Shown: positions 49,544 through 62,040, counted from the first letter of the whole stretch. The stretch is DNA of 62,935 bases, filler included, from Rhabdomonas costata (GCA_019059605.1; 56 parts of 56 records of this genome joined end to end with filler, not necessarily neighbours in it); one strand, 5' to 3'. A program made the numbers and translations. Notes: a model not told the origin generated them from the letters alone.

Positions 49544-50335
49544 GTGGCTCCACCAATGCGGTGCTGCACCTGATTGCGATGGCGCGCGCGATCGGCGTGT
49601 CGCTGACCATTGACGACTTCCAGAAAGTTTCCGACCGTGTGCCCTTCCTGTGTGACCTGAAGCCCTCCGGGAAGTACGTCATGGAGGTTAGCTTTGCAAG
49701 CACCTTTGTGCGCTGAAAAACGGGAATGACTTGAAAGAAAGCAACTTGTGGACTTCCGCCCCCGTCCACCGTGCGCATATGCGACCATGATTTTCCGCAC
49801 GACGCTGCATTGTCTCTGATTCTGTGGATAAATTCATGGATAAATTCTGTGGATAAATACATGTGAGGCTGATACGCAGATAACTTCTGCTTTGCAGTTT
49901 TCGCGCTACGCTACTGGTCCCACTCCTCTCTCTCTCGTGACTACAGGATATGCAGGGCATTGGTGGCACCCCGGCGCTGCAGAAGTACCTTCTGGAGAAC
50001 GGGCTGCTGAACGGGGACTGCCTCACCGTCACCGGGAAGACCCTCCGCGAGAACCTCGCCACCCTGCCTGGGCTCACCCCTGGCCAGCTCATCGTCCGGC
50101 CCTTGTCCGACCCCATCAAGGCCACCGGGCACATCAGCATTCTGTACGGCAACCTCGCGCCCCTGGTGCGGATTTCCTTCCCTATTTGCTCTGTCTCTCT
50201 CTTGTGTCTTTCTCCTTTGGTGGACCTGCGCTGAAGCGATCTCTTTTGAATGCGACCTCTTGTAGGGTTCTGTTGCGAAGATTACGGGGAAGGAGGGCCT
50301 CACGTTCCAGGGCAAGGCCTTGGTCTACGACGCGG
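49544..50335 (+). CDS. ilvD: Dihydroxy-acid dehydratase (IlvD/ILV3); exons 49544-49686, 49947-50165, 50266-50335
   Basis: [14 protein letters not shown]...[20 protein letters not shown]...[11 protein letters not shown]...[28 protein letters not shown] introns in phase. Confidence 0.97.
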
Positions 50336-52178
50336 GTGCTCGTTGCCTGCTTGTCTTTCGCCTTTCTGGGTTGCTTTATCCGAGAAATGAGCATTGCTGG
50401 CACCTAGAAGTGAGCATTCCTGGGTATACCCTGGAGGTCAATGTTGTTTTTGTGATCAAGCACATGTGACCTTTCAATGCCGTTTGTTGCATTTTACAAC
50501 GTGCGTTCTTGTTCGAACTTCGTATGCCCTCCAAAAAAATTCTTAAAATGCATAAAACAAACANNNNNNNNNNNNNNNNNNNNNNNNNNNNNNNNNNNNN
50601 NNNNNNNTTAATTAATTAANNNNNNNNNNNNNNNNNNNNNNNNNNNNNNNNNNNNNNNNNNNNGGGGCTCCTTTCATGGCAGCGGAGAGGAAGACCCGAA
50701 GGCCCACGTGGCGATCGACAGGTCAGGCCTTGCCTTCCCCATCTCACTCTACGGACCATTGGTCAATCACCATTCACCTTTCCGCTGCTGTCTTTCTTGC
50801 CTGGTGTGAGCAGGTATCTTTATTTTTTGCGTTTCACTTGTCTTTCTTGCTAAGAACTTGCCTAGAATCAGCACCTCGACCTCGGAGACAATTAAACGAT
50901 CGCGGAAGTCAAGACTGCAAGGGGGTGAAACGAATGTGTGGACCCCATGGAAAAGCAAGGATACTTCTTCTCAAGAAGCCCACGGTGTGCGGCAGAAAAT
51001 TGGAGAGTATCTATGCATGATCAACCTGCCGATTGTACACTCCTTACTCAGCGACTGGTCGTGATTCTTCTACTGTGGAAGGGTACATGCTGTGTGCTTG
51101 TGGCTCACGTCCGCGCGTCGCGTTGAGATTGTGTCTCTGAAGTGTGCGCGGGGGTGCAGATCATTGTTTGTGGATGACCGCCGTGGTCGTGAACCCCCGC
51201 GATCTCATGGTGTCACCTTGGGCAGCCTGCTGGGAGGTCCGTGTCTCCCTCCTTTTTCTTTTTCTCATGTACCTCGCCGCAACTTCCATTGTAATTCCCC
51301 CATAGACGGGGGCAACCCCACCCCAACCCTGGCCTGTTTTTAAGAGCCGTTTTGGTCGCTTCATTGGTAATTGACCTTGCTGTCTGTTTGGGGGACCGCC
51401 TCCTCACAGCTGTATTGCTTGGTTTGTTGGATTTTGTGCGGTCGCTGGTGTGCCTTTTGCAGGGATGTCACCCGCTCTTGCGAGCTCACTGAAGAGCCTC
51501 ACCGACAAGCACATCCAAGAGGTCACTTCTACCCTAAAGCGTCGGCCCAGCGGTGTGTCGAGCGTGGAGAGGGGAGGGGAGTCTTCACACTCTGCAACTT
51601 TTGGTCGGTATGTAATCTGCTGAATATTTAAAAACAAAACAGAAAAATGACCTAAACTTAATGCTGGCTCTGTGTTTTACCCCCCCCACNNNNNNNNNNN
51701 NNNNNNNNNNNNNNNNNNNNNNNNNNNNNNNNNTTAATTAATTAANNNNNNNNNNNNNNNNNNNNNNNNNNNNNNNNNNNNNNNNNNNNCCGAAAGGGGA
51801 GGGCTGGTCCTGGCAACACCAAAGATCCCTGGACAAAGAAGTTTCTGATGAAAGGAGGAAACGATTCGAGAACAACATTCTGAGGCTCCACTCGCTGTCT
51901 CAGTGCTTCAAGCAGCTTGTTGATTCCACCGACGCCGAGAGCGGGAGCAACCAGTCTTCCATCATCCTGTAATTCCTCCACCCACCGCGAGCTGTTGCTC
52001 TGTGGTATCTATGCCGTCAACGCTGTGATGGACGTTTTGGGCCGCCCCTGGCATGCCAAAGCGCAGATTGATGATATCAATAGAAATCTGGCCCCTAATC
52101 CTCGCAAGTAGAATTCCACCCGATAACGCTGTGCAACCTACGGGCAACTCTCCGACTGAGGTGCTGACCAAGCCGACC

Positions 52179-52219
52179 TTCACCCTTCACCTTCACCCTT
52201 CACCCTTCACCCTTCACCC
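52179..52219 (+). repeat. (TTCACCC)n heptamer microsatellite, about 6 units
   Basis: Seen directly in the sequence. Confidence 0.9.
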
Positions 52220-55202
52220 AAAAGCGCCAACTTCAGCCTTTCTGCAGGCTTTTGGGGGCGTCGCAACCGCAATGGATCACGATGCCGCTAAGGGAAAAAT
52301 CAAAGCTGAGCCAGAGGAAGCCCCCGACGAGCAAGCCCTGAGGCTGATGCCTCCACCCAGTGCCCGTGGACATCAGTGACACTCCAGTGAAGCACCATCC
52401 GTAACGCCTTGTGCGTGTGGCAGTCAGGCGGCGTCCGCCACCGGATCTAAGCGCTTAGGTAAAAGAAGAAGCCCTTTCCTGACCGACGGCCCAAACGCAA
52501 TAACAAAGCAGAAAAAGCGGCTACAACATCACCTACTCAACGCCAAAAGGAGCGAAGCGCTCCATATTCTGATGTGAACGTCTCCTCAGCGAAGAATCCT
52601 ATGGGCAAAATTTCCGCAGCCCAGCCGCACAGCAACAGCTCTCTCAGCAGTCACGTGCGCGAATCCTCCTGCTGTTCCGACCGCTCAGCGAGTAAAAGAG
52701 TACCCTGGCACCTGTTGTACATTCCTGGCAAAATATGGACATCAGCCTGTCGGCGCTGATGTAATTCTTGGACAGGGAGCATACGCAATGTTTGTGCACA
52801 ACCCCCCNNNNNNNNNNNNNNNNNNNNNNNNNNNNNNNNNNNNNNNNNNNNTTAATTAATTAANNNNNNNNNNNNNNNNNNNNNNNNNNNNNNNNNNNNN
52901 NNNNNNNCTCTGATGTCTACCACCAAAACGAAAAACACACATATTGCAACGTCCACTGTTGAGGTGTATCCTTTATCTATCATACAAGAACATTTGTGCT
53001 TGAGTGTTTATCTATCATTAAAGAAGGGAGGATTGATTAGTGAACATTCTATAACTACGTAGTAACATACTAAGCAGGATGAAAATGATGGACGTGGTAC
53101 CGAAAAAAATATTTCCAGGAGACAGAGTCAGCGGATGAGTTTATGCCAAAATACCGGAAACAGAAATCGATACATATTATGTCGACAAACAGAACACACA
53201 CGTCATCAAACTGTCAGGTGCATTCCGCTGAAATTTGGATGAAGAGTGAGAGAAGTAGTGGACAATAATCGAAAACATATATTGATGTGTTTTTTAAAAA
53301 AAAAATAAACGATATTCAACTTCAGAACAAGTAAATGTGCGTCCAACAAATTCCCCAAGTTAGGCAAACGATGTTGAGCGCTTCCAGCATTGTTTGCGAC
53401 TGTAACCGTAAACATCAATAATCAGACTAAAGTCTAAAAACACTGCTGTGAAATATTTCTACGCTTATTTATGCATGTCAAAAGAACACTTCCAAAACGA
53501 AACATGCTAAACTCATACAACAACACTGAGGTCATGCACTGGCAGAAAGCAAACGTCAAACGCTCCCAGTACTTTCATTACGCCTATTGTGTCATCTACA
53601 CACAGGACACACTAAAATTACTGCAAACAAAACTGTCGTAAAATCATGTACAAACAAACACTGTCAACCACATTTCTTATCAAAACATGAAGCTATTATA
53701 AACAGCAACTATACGTTGTGTGACCCGAAGGCTAAAGTTGGTGGGAAATTTGTAAAACTCAAAGACACTAAATCGCGAAGAACGCATGAAATATGCCACT
53801 TTGTTTTTGCAGTTGAACAACGCATGTGTGAGTGTGAGTTTAATTGTACAACGAATGCTGAGTAGTTTTATGGTTCATGCTTATTTCATGACAATTCGTC
53901 TGAAATGACTTATCGAAATTATAAAAACAACCCNNNNNNNNNNNNNNNNNNNNNNNNNNNNNNNNNNNNNNNNNNNNTTAATTAATTAANNNNNNNNNNN
54001 NNNNNNNNNNNNNNNNNNNNNNNNNNNNNNNNNAGTCCTTGTGGGTCCATTCCCCTGAGGAGGTGTTGATGTGGTTTCCCACAAGTCCAAGCACGCTGCG
54101 GCGCTGAAACAGACCAAGGGAGGCACCCCGGGCAGCAAGCTGCGAGCGAAAGGGAGAGGCCTGCGTTCACACTTTGTGCTACGACGTTCCCCTCAAGTTC
54201 AGCGGCCACGTTACTCGTTACAAAAAAGACAAGGCCACATAGGAGAACGTCAGACCAGGGGATCCTTTGCCACATAGGACCCACAGGCTGACGTCCCACA
54301 GCCTTCCAAATTGCGAGGGCTGTACCCTACGTCAGAACAGAAGAAAGACGAGAGCAAGTGCGCACAGCGAGCTCCCGCAAAGCATCTTGAGCGTCCATAG
54401 TTCAAAGAACTCAGAGGGACAACTTTCACGTCAGAAAGTGACAGAAACAGCACAGCAGTGGACAAACCTCAAATGCAGGATCGCCAGTGAGCCTGGACAG
54501 CACAGTGAACTCCAAAAGAAAGGTGCCCCCGCTGGCCGTGGAGGTCACCTCAGTCTCCGCCGGGGGAATGCCATACTTAAGATTAACCTGAGTAGTGATT
54601 TCGTTTTTATAAGGAACGAGAAAACAAAAACAACCCTTGACAATGAAAAACTGCTTGCTGCTATTGCTTTCCCTTCGTCAAAAACAACCCAACAATCTCA
54701 AACATTAGGTGATACAACTACGTGTTGACAGGTGATTATGAAACCAAAAGCCTCACTTGCAACGTTCACCGTTGACGTCGGATTACTGCCGGCGCAAACA
54801 AATACAACAAATACAGTTGGTGTAAAACCGGAACCAATGAAGGGCAACAGAAGACCCTTTTGTGATCAAGAGCTCAAGCACAAATGTTCTTGCAGTAGCA
54901 GGAGTCCGCAGAAAAAAAAAAGAACAGAAGAAGCAAAGGCTCCCCGTTGCACGGTATTCGCGAAAGCCTGGGGAGGTGGGACAACAAGCGGTCTGATCAA
55001 GGGCAAGGAAACGGACATACAGTTCCATAGGGAATCTTAGTGGTGGTGACCCAAACCCCNNNNNNNNNNNNNNNNNNNNNNNNNNNNNNNNNNNNNNNNN
55101 NNNTTAATTAATTAANNNNNNNNNNNNNNNNNNNNNNNNNNNNNNNNNNNNNNNNNNNNTGTTTTTTGTGAACACGGTGTTGTTGTATGCTTGTGGACGC
55201 AG

Positions 55203-55997
55203 TACGCCCTGTCCCCTGGCAATTGGTATGGCGTGCACCTGACCTACAACTGGGCCAGCTACGTGTGGACGCTTACGGTGGGCTCCACTCGGGTGACCGT
55301 CACCGAGCAGATCGGACGGGAGATGCCCCTGCACGACCTCCTGGTGGGAAACCTGGGCACCGTGGTGGGCTCCCCGGACGTCAGCTGGCCCGGACCTATC
55401 ACCTACGTTGCCGCAGACTGCGGTGCGCTGCCACACCCCTCCCCAATCCCAATTCTCAGAAAACTAGGATCAAATGTTGACAGATCCACGCTGTCCTTCT
55501 CGCTCTCACAGTACACAGTTGCGGGGTAGCCGGTGAAAAAAGTAGCTGCGTGGCGAAGGCCCGTGGGCAGGAGGTCACCATTTGTGGAACGTTTGGAGGT
55601 AAGCCTCTACCCCACGGCGTCGTTCACTCCGAAGGCACCTGTCTCAAGCACGCGTGGCCAACATCGCGTGCTCATCAATCCACAGCGGTCATCAACAGGC
55701 AACAGTCAGCGCGCCCAACATACCAGGTACACATTACTTCGCAAGAAAACCTTTTCCTTTGGTACTCTTTTTTTCTCTCAGACGGCCCACAGCTGCTGAC
55801 CAGCACGTTCAGCCCCGCCCTTGGGCTCAAGGGCGTGGTCTCGAACTTCACCAACTTCATTGCGATGTCCTTTGAAGTCCCTGTGGTAGCCCTCACCGGA
55901 AGTGTCCTGGTGTCCACGCGAGTCCTGGGAGGGCTGCTGGACAACACCCTAATCGAGACCACCCCTTACAACGTGTCCTACAACGTCACCATCTCAG
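55203..55997 (+). CDS. Extracellular beta-rich protein (ConA/LamG-like strands then an IPT/TIG-like domain); exons 55203-55422, about 55512-55598, 55782-55997
   Basis: LSPGNWYGVHLTYN...WTLTVG, then GQEVTICGTFG|DGP (IPT-like GxxVTIxGxxFG); phase-1 junctions join without stops. Confidence 0.6.
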
Positions 55998-57411
55998 GTG
56001 CTCCTCAGCGGCTCCTTTTTGTGTTCCCTGCAGCCGCTGAAAGCGTAGGGTGTGGGGCATGGGGCCGGTGCGTTTCGGAAGGCTTGGATTCTTTTTGGCA
56101 GAAATACCGCAATCGCAAATGCAGGCGAGCCCATGGCCTCACTCGTCGCGTGGAATGTGGTTGCGGTATTTCTGCCAAAAAAAACNNNNNNNNNNNNNNN
56201 NNNNNNNNNNNNNNNNNNNNNNNNNNNNNTTAATTAATTAANNNNNNNNNNNNNNNNNNNNNNNNNNNNNNNNNNNNNNNNNNNNGGGGGTTTGTGCTTG
56301 TGTAGCACTTTTTCTCTGACATACAAACGCATTTTTGCGATGTCTGGGAACACTGAGCTCAGCCGCGTCCTAAAGAGTATGCATGCGTGCTTGCGTGATG
56401 GATGTTTGGGCCAGATTTGCCGTTTAGCCGGTCGTTGCACCCTGATTGTCTGTGACTCTGCTTACTTTTCGCCTTGATTCTGCATTGCTCACGTAGGTGG
56501 ACGGGTGGCGATATATCCGTGGAAACTTTACAAACACACTCGAGAGCTCCTCAATTCATCCAATGGTGGCAGTGTTAAGCCTTTGAGACACTCAAGTTGC
56601 GGTGTCTGTGCCTGCCGAAATGGATAATGGATAAGCAGACGGTTTTCAGACCGTTTTTTTGTCTTTTTCAAACCGGTTTTCAAAACATCATGCCATAACA
56701 CTGAGAGAGACCTTGAGAGAGGTTGAAAGCCCTCTTTCAGCCAGCAGCTTGCAAGAGCAAGGGAGGTGGGTGCTCGGTTTCCAGGGGCTAAGCTGGCTGC
56801 GGTGGTGCCGGCCTTGTCAATGTACAGTACCCTCGAAGAGGTCATGGGCAGAGAGGTATGTATTTCCCGCGAAGGAATGTTCACCGTCCGTGTGCTCCTT
56901 TTGAGCTCAATTCTCTCTGCTTGCACTCCTGTGTTATCGACATTAAATCCAAATTCTCTTCACTTTAACCACCCTGTCAGCAGAGAGCAGGAAATCATCT
57001 GATTCTGATTGCAGAGAAGTATCCGTTAATGCAATGCTCTCTCCTTCTGCTCGAAGCATTCGCAAAGAATGTGCAAATGTGTCACACTCATACATACACG
57101 TGTACACATGTGCACGCACACTTCCTTTCCTGCTTTCTTTTCAACTTACAGTTTTCTGTAATGTCTTCTCGGGCGCACTCTGCGTCGTGTGAAGTTTGTT
57201 CTACCCCCCCCCCCTTCTTACACCCAATCTTGCCAGGTTGCGTTCAGCATAGGCTGTATGTCCTTCTTTTCTCCATGTGACCCGGCTGCTTGGTTTTCTT
57301 CTTCAGGACAANNNNNNNNNNNNNNNNNNNNNNNNNNNNNNNNNNNNNNNNNNNNTTAATTAATTAANNNNNNNNNNNNNNNNNNNNNNNNNNNNNNNNN
57401 NNNNNNNNNNN

Positions 57412-58110
57412 TGTTGTCAAGTACCATGGGCTACCGCAAAGTGTGGTCTCCGACAGTAATCATCTTTTCATGCGCACATTTTGGCAGACAGTATGCAGAG
57501 CCCTGGACATCAAAATTCGAGCTTCAACCCCGTACCATCCACAGACTAACGGACAAGCTGAAAGGACTAATCAGACACTAAAGCAGGTCCTTCGAATACT
57601 CCAGATCCAACGACTTACCGTTCACTGGGTTCATCACATACAGTTGGCTGAAATGGAAATCAAAAACGCTCCAATCGCAAACACGTAGTTTAGTCCCTAC
57701 TACCTGAACTAAGGATTCCACCCTGTTTTTTTTTGTGATGTACCAGATGCTACCAATCCGGAGAAGTTCTACGCAGACAGAGAGCAAGAGACAGTCAAAT
57801 AGTTTGTGCAGCGTTTGAAACAAGGTTGGAAAGACATTCAGGCCGCCTTTTACAAGAACCAAGAAAGTATGTATCTCAAGCCAACCAAAAACGACGTGAC
57901 TGCGAGTTCCGCGCAGGCGATCTGGTACTGGTCAACCAGACAAAACATCAGCGAGCCTACATGGGCCCCAGTTAACCCTTGTCACCGAGAGCAGTCCAAC
58001 CTTTCGCGATTGAAAATGTAATTTGCACGTCTATGCGTCTCGAAATCCCCTCCAAAATCGTTGGACACGAGACCACTGTCTTCCACACCAACCAACTCAT
58101 TCCATACCAG
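57412..58110 (+). pseudogene. Decayed Ty3/gypsy integrase (rve core plus GPY/F region)
   Basis: HGLPQSVVSDS...FW...STPYHPQTNGQAERTNQTLKQVLR, SPYYLN*GFHP, FRAGDLVLV and VFHTNQLIPY, with stops and frameshifts. Confidence 0.93.
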
Positions 58111-58996
58111 GCACGGATCCTGGACCCTGTTTGTTTTCTACCGCAAGACAACGACGAAGATGACACCTACGGCAGTTCTTCTCAACCTTGACCGCGCCAA
58201 CCGATGATCAAAGGGTATATTTACTTGACCCCCCGCAATAACAACGAATTGGACCGGCATTCTTCAAACCTGACAGTAACGACTACTTAGACGAAGACCC
58301 CTTTGACTTTGCACGTGAAGTGCGCAACCAGACGCCCCTGATTTCTCCAAGACCCTTGCCTCTAACGACACCACCTGTTCCAGACGAACCTCCTGAGTTG
58401 CCTGCCTGGGACCATCCCGTACCTAACGCGCAACCANNNNNNNNNNNNNNNNNNNNNNNNNNNNNNNNNNNNNNNNNNNNTTAATTAATTAANNNNNNNN
58501 NNNNNNNNNNNNNNNNNNNNNNNNNNNNNNNNNNNNGGTTGGTGGTAGCTGTGGATTTGGCTGTGCCACAGGTAAATACACTCTGTTTTTTTTGTAATCA
58601 GTGCAAGTGTTTCCACAAAATCTCACAGAACGTACGAAAAAATGAAAGAGTGCAAAACAGATCGCTTTCGGCACTGATTACAAAAAAAACAGAGTGTATT
58701 TACCTGTGGCACAGCCAAATCCACAGCTACCGAGCAACCGAGCAACCGAGCAACTTTGATCCAGCTTCGCAAAGCGAGACGAGGGTAGTAAAAGTAGTGC
58801 TACCCATACAGCAGGGCTCACAGAAAAGGTAAGGGACTGGGCTTTGCATCTACGTGTCCCGAGTCTCTGCACGTCGGTGCTGTTTCTTGACCAAATGGAA
58901 ATGAGAATGTTGACCAGATGGAGCGGAGAGAAGAAAAGCGGAGAGAGACACGAGACAAACACAAGGTACGTGAGTAGGGTGTAACACACACCACAC

Positions 58997-59364
58997 CTTT
59001 CATAAATGTCAAGGTGTCTTCGGGCTTCTGGGTCAGCAAAGCTTGCATGAAATCATGCCTGTGAGACAGAACAGAAGTCACAGCCGAAAAATGATTCGAA
59101 AGGCAAGAACTGAAGAACATCAAGCCCGACGCTCACACCCAAATAATTTGGCACACAAAACGGGAGTGGGGACTCAAGTCAGAAAAAAAATACTGTATTG
59201 GGATTCATCCCAAGCGTAACCGTGTGTTAAAATGAGGTATCGAACCTCAACCCTCCCCTTCAATCGGACTCAACAAAACCTCCACACAATAAAGTCACAC
59301 ACAAGATTTGCTGCAGCTCGGGGTGCTCTCGAATGTACTGCTCGTGCTGCCGCTGCAGGCCAAC
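58997..59364 (-). CDS. RIIa/DPY-30-type dimerisation-docking domain protein (RIIAD1-like, ciliary); exons 59364-59303 and 59058-58997
   Basis: QHEQYIREHPELQQIL|HDFMQALLTQKPEDTLTF matches YLxxHPELxxxxxDFxxxxLxxKPxDxxxF; phase-2 junction consistent. Confidence 0.75.
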
Positions 59365-60866
59365 CTGATACGCAGATGCGAAAGGAAGAATGCGCACAAA
59401 ACTCGTGCGTTTCCAACTTATTAACCGATCTGAATGATCAGTAAAGCTTCCCCACCAAACCTTCTGCACTGGTCACTAGAAACACTACCCGCATCTATAA
59501 CAGCAGAAGCCACGCAAAATAGCCATTTCTTTCACATTCAGTGAATGCAATACCACACACANNNNNNNNNNNNNNNNNNNNNNNNNNNNNNNNNNNNNNN
59601 NNNNNTTAATTAATTAANNNNNNNNNNNNNNNNNNNNNNNNNNNNNNNNNNNNNNNNNNNNGAGTTTTTTTTTTTCTATTTTGGTGTGCATTGGACCTTC
59701 CTGCCACTTTTCAGGAAGATGCTGTGACTGTAAATAGTTGGATGGAAAGACACAGGATGATTGTGTGTATTAGTGTGCGTCCATGTCCTGTTGAAGTCCG
59801 AAAATAACGGTGAGCAAATAAACGGCAAATATAGGCAATAACCTCCAGAATACAGAGTAAAACAAGGATGGATGAGTGGGGAAATCAGAGAGAATAGTCC
59901 AGTTGCATAGATGCCGGGAAGGAGAGGGCTGAGTAGAGACTGGTATCAATGCCTTAATGGTGGAGGTAGGAAGGAGGGAGGGAGGAAATGGGAGACAGGG
60001 TTTTCCTTGTAGCAATGGTGAAGTTGGCCTTGCACAGGTGATGTTCAGCGAAGGGCAAGGGAACTCGACTGCTGCTGGCATCTTCTTTCGCCGCATAGAC
60101 AGTGGTGCGTGTGAGCCCGTGGGGACCCAGATCCCCGCAACTCTACTATTCGGGTGAAGTGTGTTTTGATGGGTCCTGTGCCAAAGCGGTTTTCCTTTTC
60201 TCGATGTTATGCATATTCAGGACACCAGAAGCGCCATGAACGAGCACTTACGAACTGTCCACACTCAATTACGAGCAGCAGACATAACGTTTCCTGCACA
60301 CAAAAATCCTGGAAAAATTGGTGTTAATGGGCATTGATGAACTGAAGGATTGCACACGCATTTCCATTATTTATCATTATTTATTTTCTCCCCTCTCGCC
60401 TCTCTCTCCTTCACTGGCGCCCCAGTTGCCTTCACCCGCCGATGTCTTCTTGCCCCAAGCCATATTACTTTTCCTTTCCACGCACTTTCTCTTTTCTCCT
60501 GCATCTGTGGTGGGTACAATTTCCTCTTGCGTGGATGCGTACGTACGGTAAAACAGCAGCGGCGCCGCATGCAGTGGCACAGGGGTGATCCCCGGCGGGG
60601 GGCCGCTGCCCTCCTGCAGGGTCGACAGCGCAGAGAACGCGCACACCGCCGTCACGAAGGCCAACAGCAGCACACACCCCCCCNNNNNNNNNNNNNNNNN
60701 NNNNNNNNNNNNNNNNNNNNNNNNNNNTTAATTAATTAANNNNNNNNNNNNNNNNNNNNNNNNNNNNNNNNNNNNNNNNNNNNGTGAGGTGGGTGATGAA
60801 CGCGCTGTTCCCGATGGAAGCCAAGCTCAATCTGCGGACATGACGAACAAATGATTGAAGGTGACG

Positions 60867-61412
60867 ATGGGACTTTCCATTCGCGCCTACGCGCGCCACC
60901 GTGGCGTGTCGCACGTGGCCGTGAAGAAGGCCATCGACACCGGGCGGATCACACCGCTGCCAGACGGCACGATTGATCCGGATAACGCCGACGCGCAGTG
61001 GGCACAAAACACATTGCAACCCCGCAAGGCGGCAGCGCCGGAGAAGGTCAGCCCCGCGAAGGCGCGAGTACTGCCCGAGCGTGAGGTGCCCGAACCCGGC
61101 ACCCCTCCGTTGTCAACGGGCGGCACATCGCTCTTGCAGGCGCGCACGGTCAATGAGGTGCTTAAGGCCAAGCTCGCCAACTTGAAGTTGGCCCAGAAAA
61201 AGAGAGAAGTGGTCGACCGTGCACGGGCTATTGCTCACGTTTTTCACCTTGCGCGCATCGAGCGCGACGCGTGGTTGAACTGGCCCGCGCGTATCTCGGG
61301 GCAGATGGCATCCACGCTCGGTGTCGATGCGCACCAGATGCACGTGTCCCTGGAGGCTGCCGTGCGCGAGCACCTGATTGAGCTGGGCGAGCTGCGCCCG
61401 CGCGTGGATTGA
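60867..61412 (+). CDS. Prophage terminase small subunit-like protein (N-terminal HTH), bacterial
   Basis: Intronless, GAAGG RBS upstream; MGLSIRAYARHRGVSHVAVKKAIDTGRI HTH; its stop overlaps the next ATG (TGATG); lies directly upstream of the gpA gene. Confidence 0.85.
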   Translation: MGLSIRAYARHRGVSHVAVKKAIDTGRITPLPDGTIDPDNADAQWAQNTLQPRKAAAPEKVSPAKARVLPEREVPEPGTPPLSTGGTSLLQARTVNEVLKAKLANLKLAQKKREVVDRARAIAHVFHLARIERDAWLNWPARISGQMASTLGVDAHQMHVSLEAAVREHLIELGELRPRVD

Positions 61413-61777
61413 TGACGATGGACTACGAAGGCGCGCAGGAGATCGAACGGGCGTGGCGCGACGGGCTTACGCCCGATCCGCTGCTCACGGTATCGGAATG
61501 GTCAGATCGCCACCGGATGCTCTCCAGCAAGGCGTCTGCCGAGCCGGGGCGCTGGCGTACCAGCCGCACGCCGTACCTCAAGGCCATCATGGATTGCCTG
61601 TCGCCGACCTCGCCGGTCGAGCGTGTGGTGTTCATGAAGGCAGCGCAGCTCGGTGCGACCGAGATGGGGTCGAACTGGATCGGCTACGTCATCCACCACG
61701 CGCCGGGCCCGATGATGGCGGTCTGGCCAACGGTGGAGATGGCCAAGCGCAACTCCAAGCAGCGGATCGATCCGCTG
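61412..61777 (+). CDS. Phage terminase large subunit, lambda GpA family, N-terminal fragment
   Basis: LTVSEWSDRHRMLS...EPGRWRTSRTPYLKAIMD...VVFMKAAQLGATE...HHAPGPMMAVWPT...KQRIDPL are GpA adenine-binding and Walker A motifs; truncated by a fold-back. Confidence 0.95.
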
Positions 61778-62011
61778 CTTGGAGTTGCGCTTGGCCATCA
61801 CCACCCCCNNNNNNNNNNNNNNNNNNNNNNNNNNNNNNNNNNNNNNNNNNNNTTAATTAATTAANNNNNNNNNNNNNNNNNNNNNNNNNNNNNNNNNNNN
61901 NNNNNNNNTTGGGGCAACATATATTTCCACTGTGGGCTGTTGTTTGCACTGTGCTGCTGAACATTTGACACTATTGACCATTCGTGTTGCGGCCCTTTTA
62001 CAAAAAAAAAA

Positions 62012-62040
62012 GAAGAAGAAGAAGAAGAAGAAGAAGAAGA
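62012..62040 (+). repeat. (GAA)n microsatellite after an A-run
   Basis: Seen directly in the sequence. Confidence 0.9.

Noticed and set aside
49821..49857. TGTGGATAA copies resembling DnaA boxes
   Set aside because: A short tandem repeat inside a spliceosomal intron of ilvD, with no bacterial origin context.
53170..53215. Minus-strand FDDVCVLFVDII as a class III nucleotide cyclase motif
   Set aside because: A stop lies immediately upstream and no in-phase exon supplying GFT could be found; it may be chance.
57412..61808. Integrase near terminase genes as an integrated virus or Polinton-like element
   Set aside because: They lie on separate unlinked contigs; the integrase is a decayed gypsy type and the terminase is bacterial.
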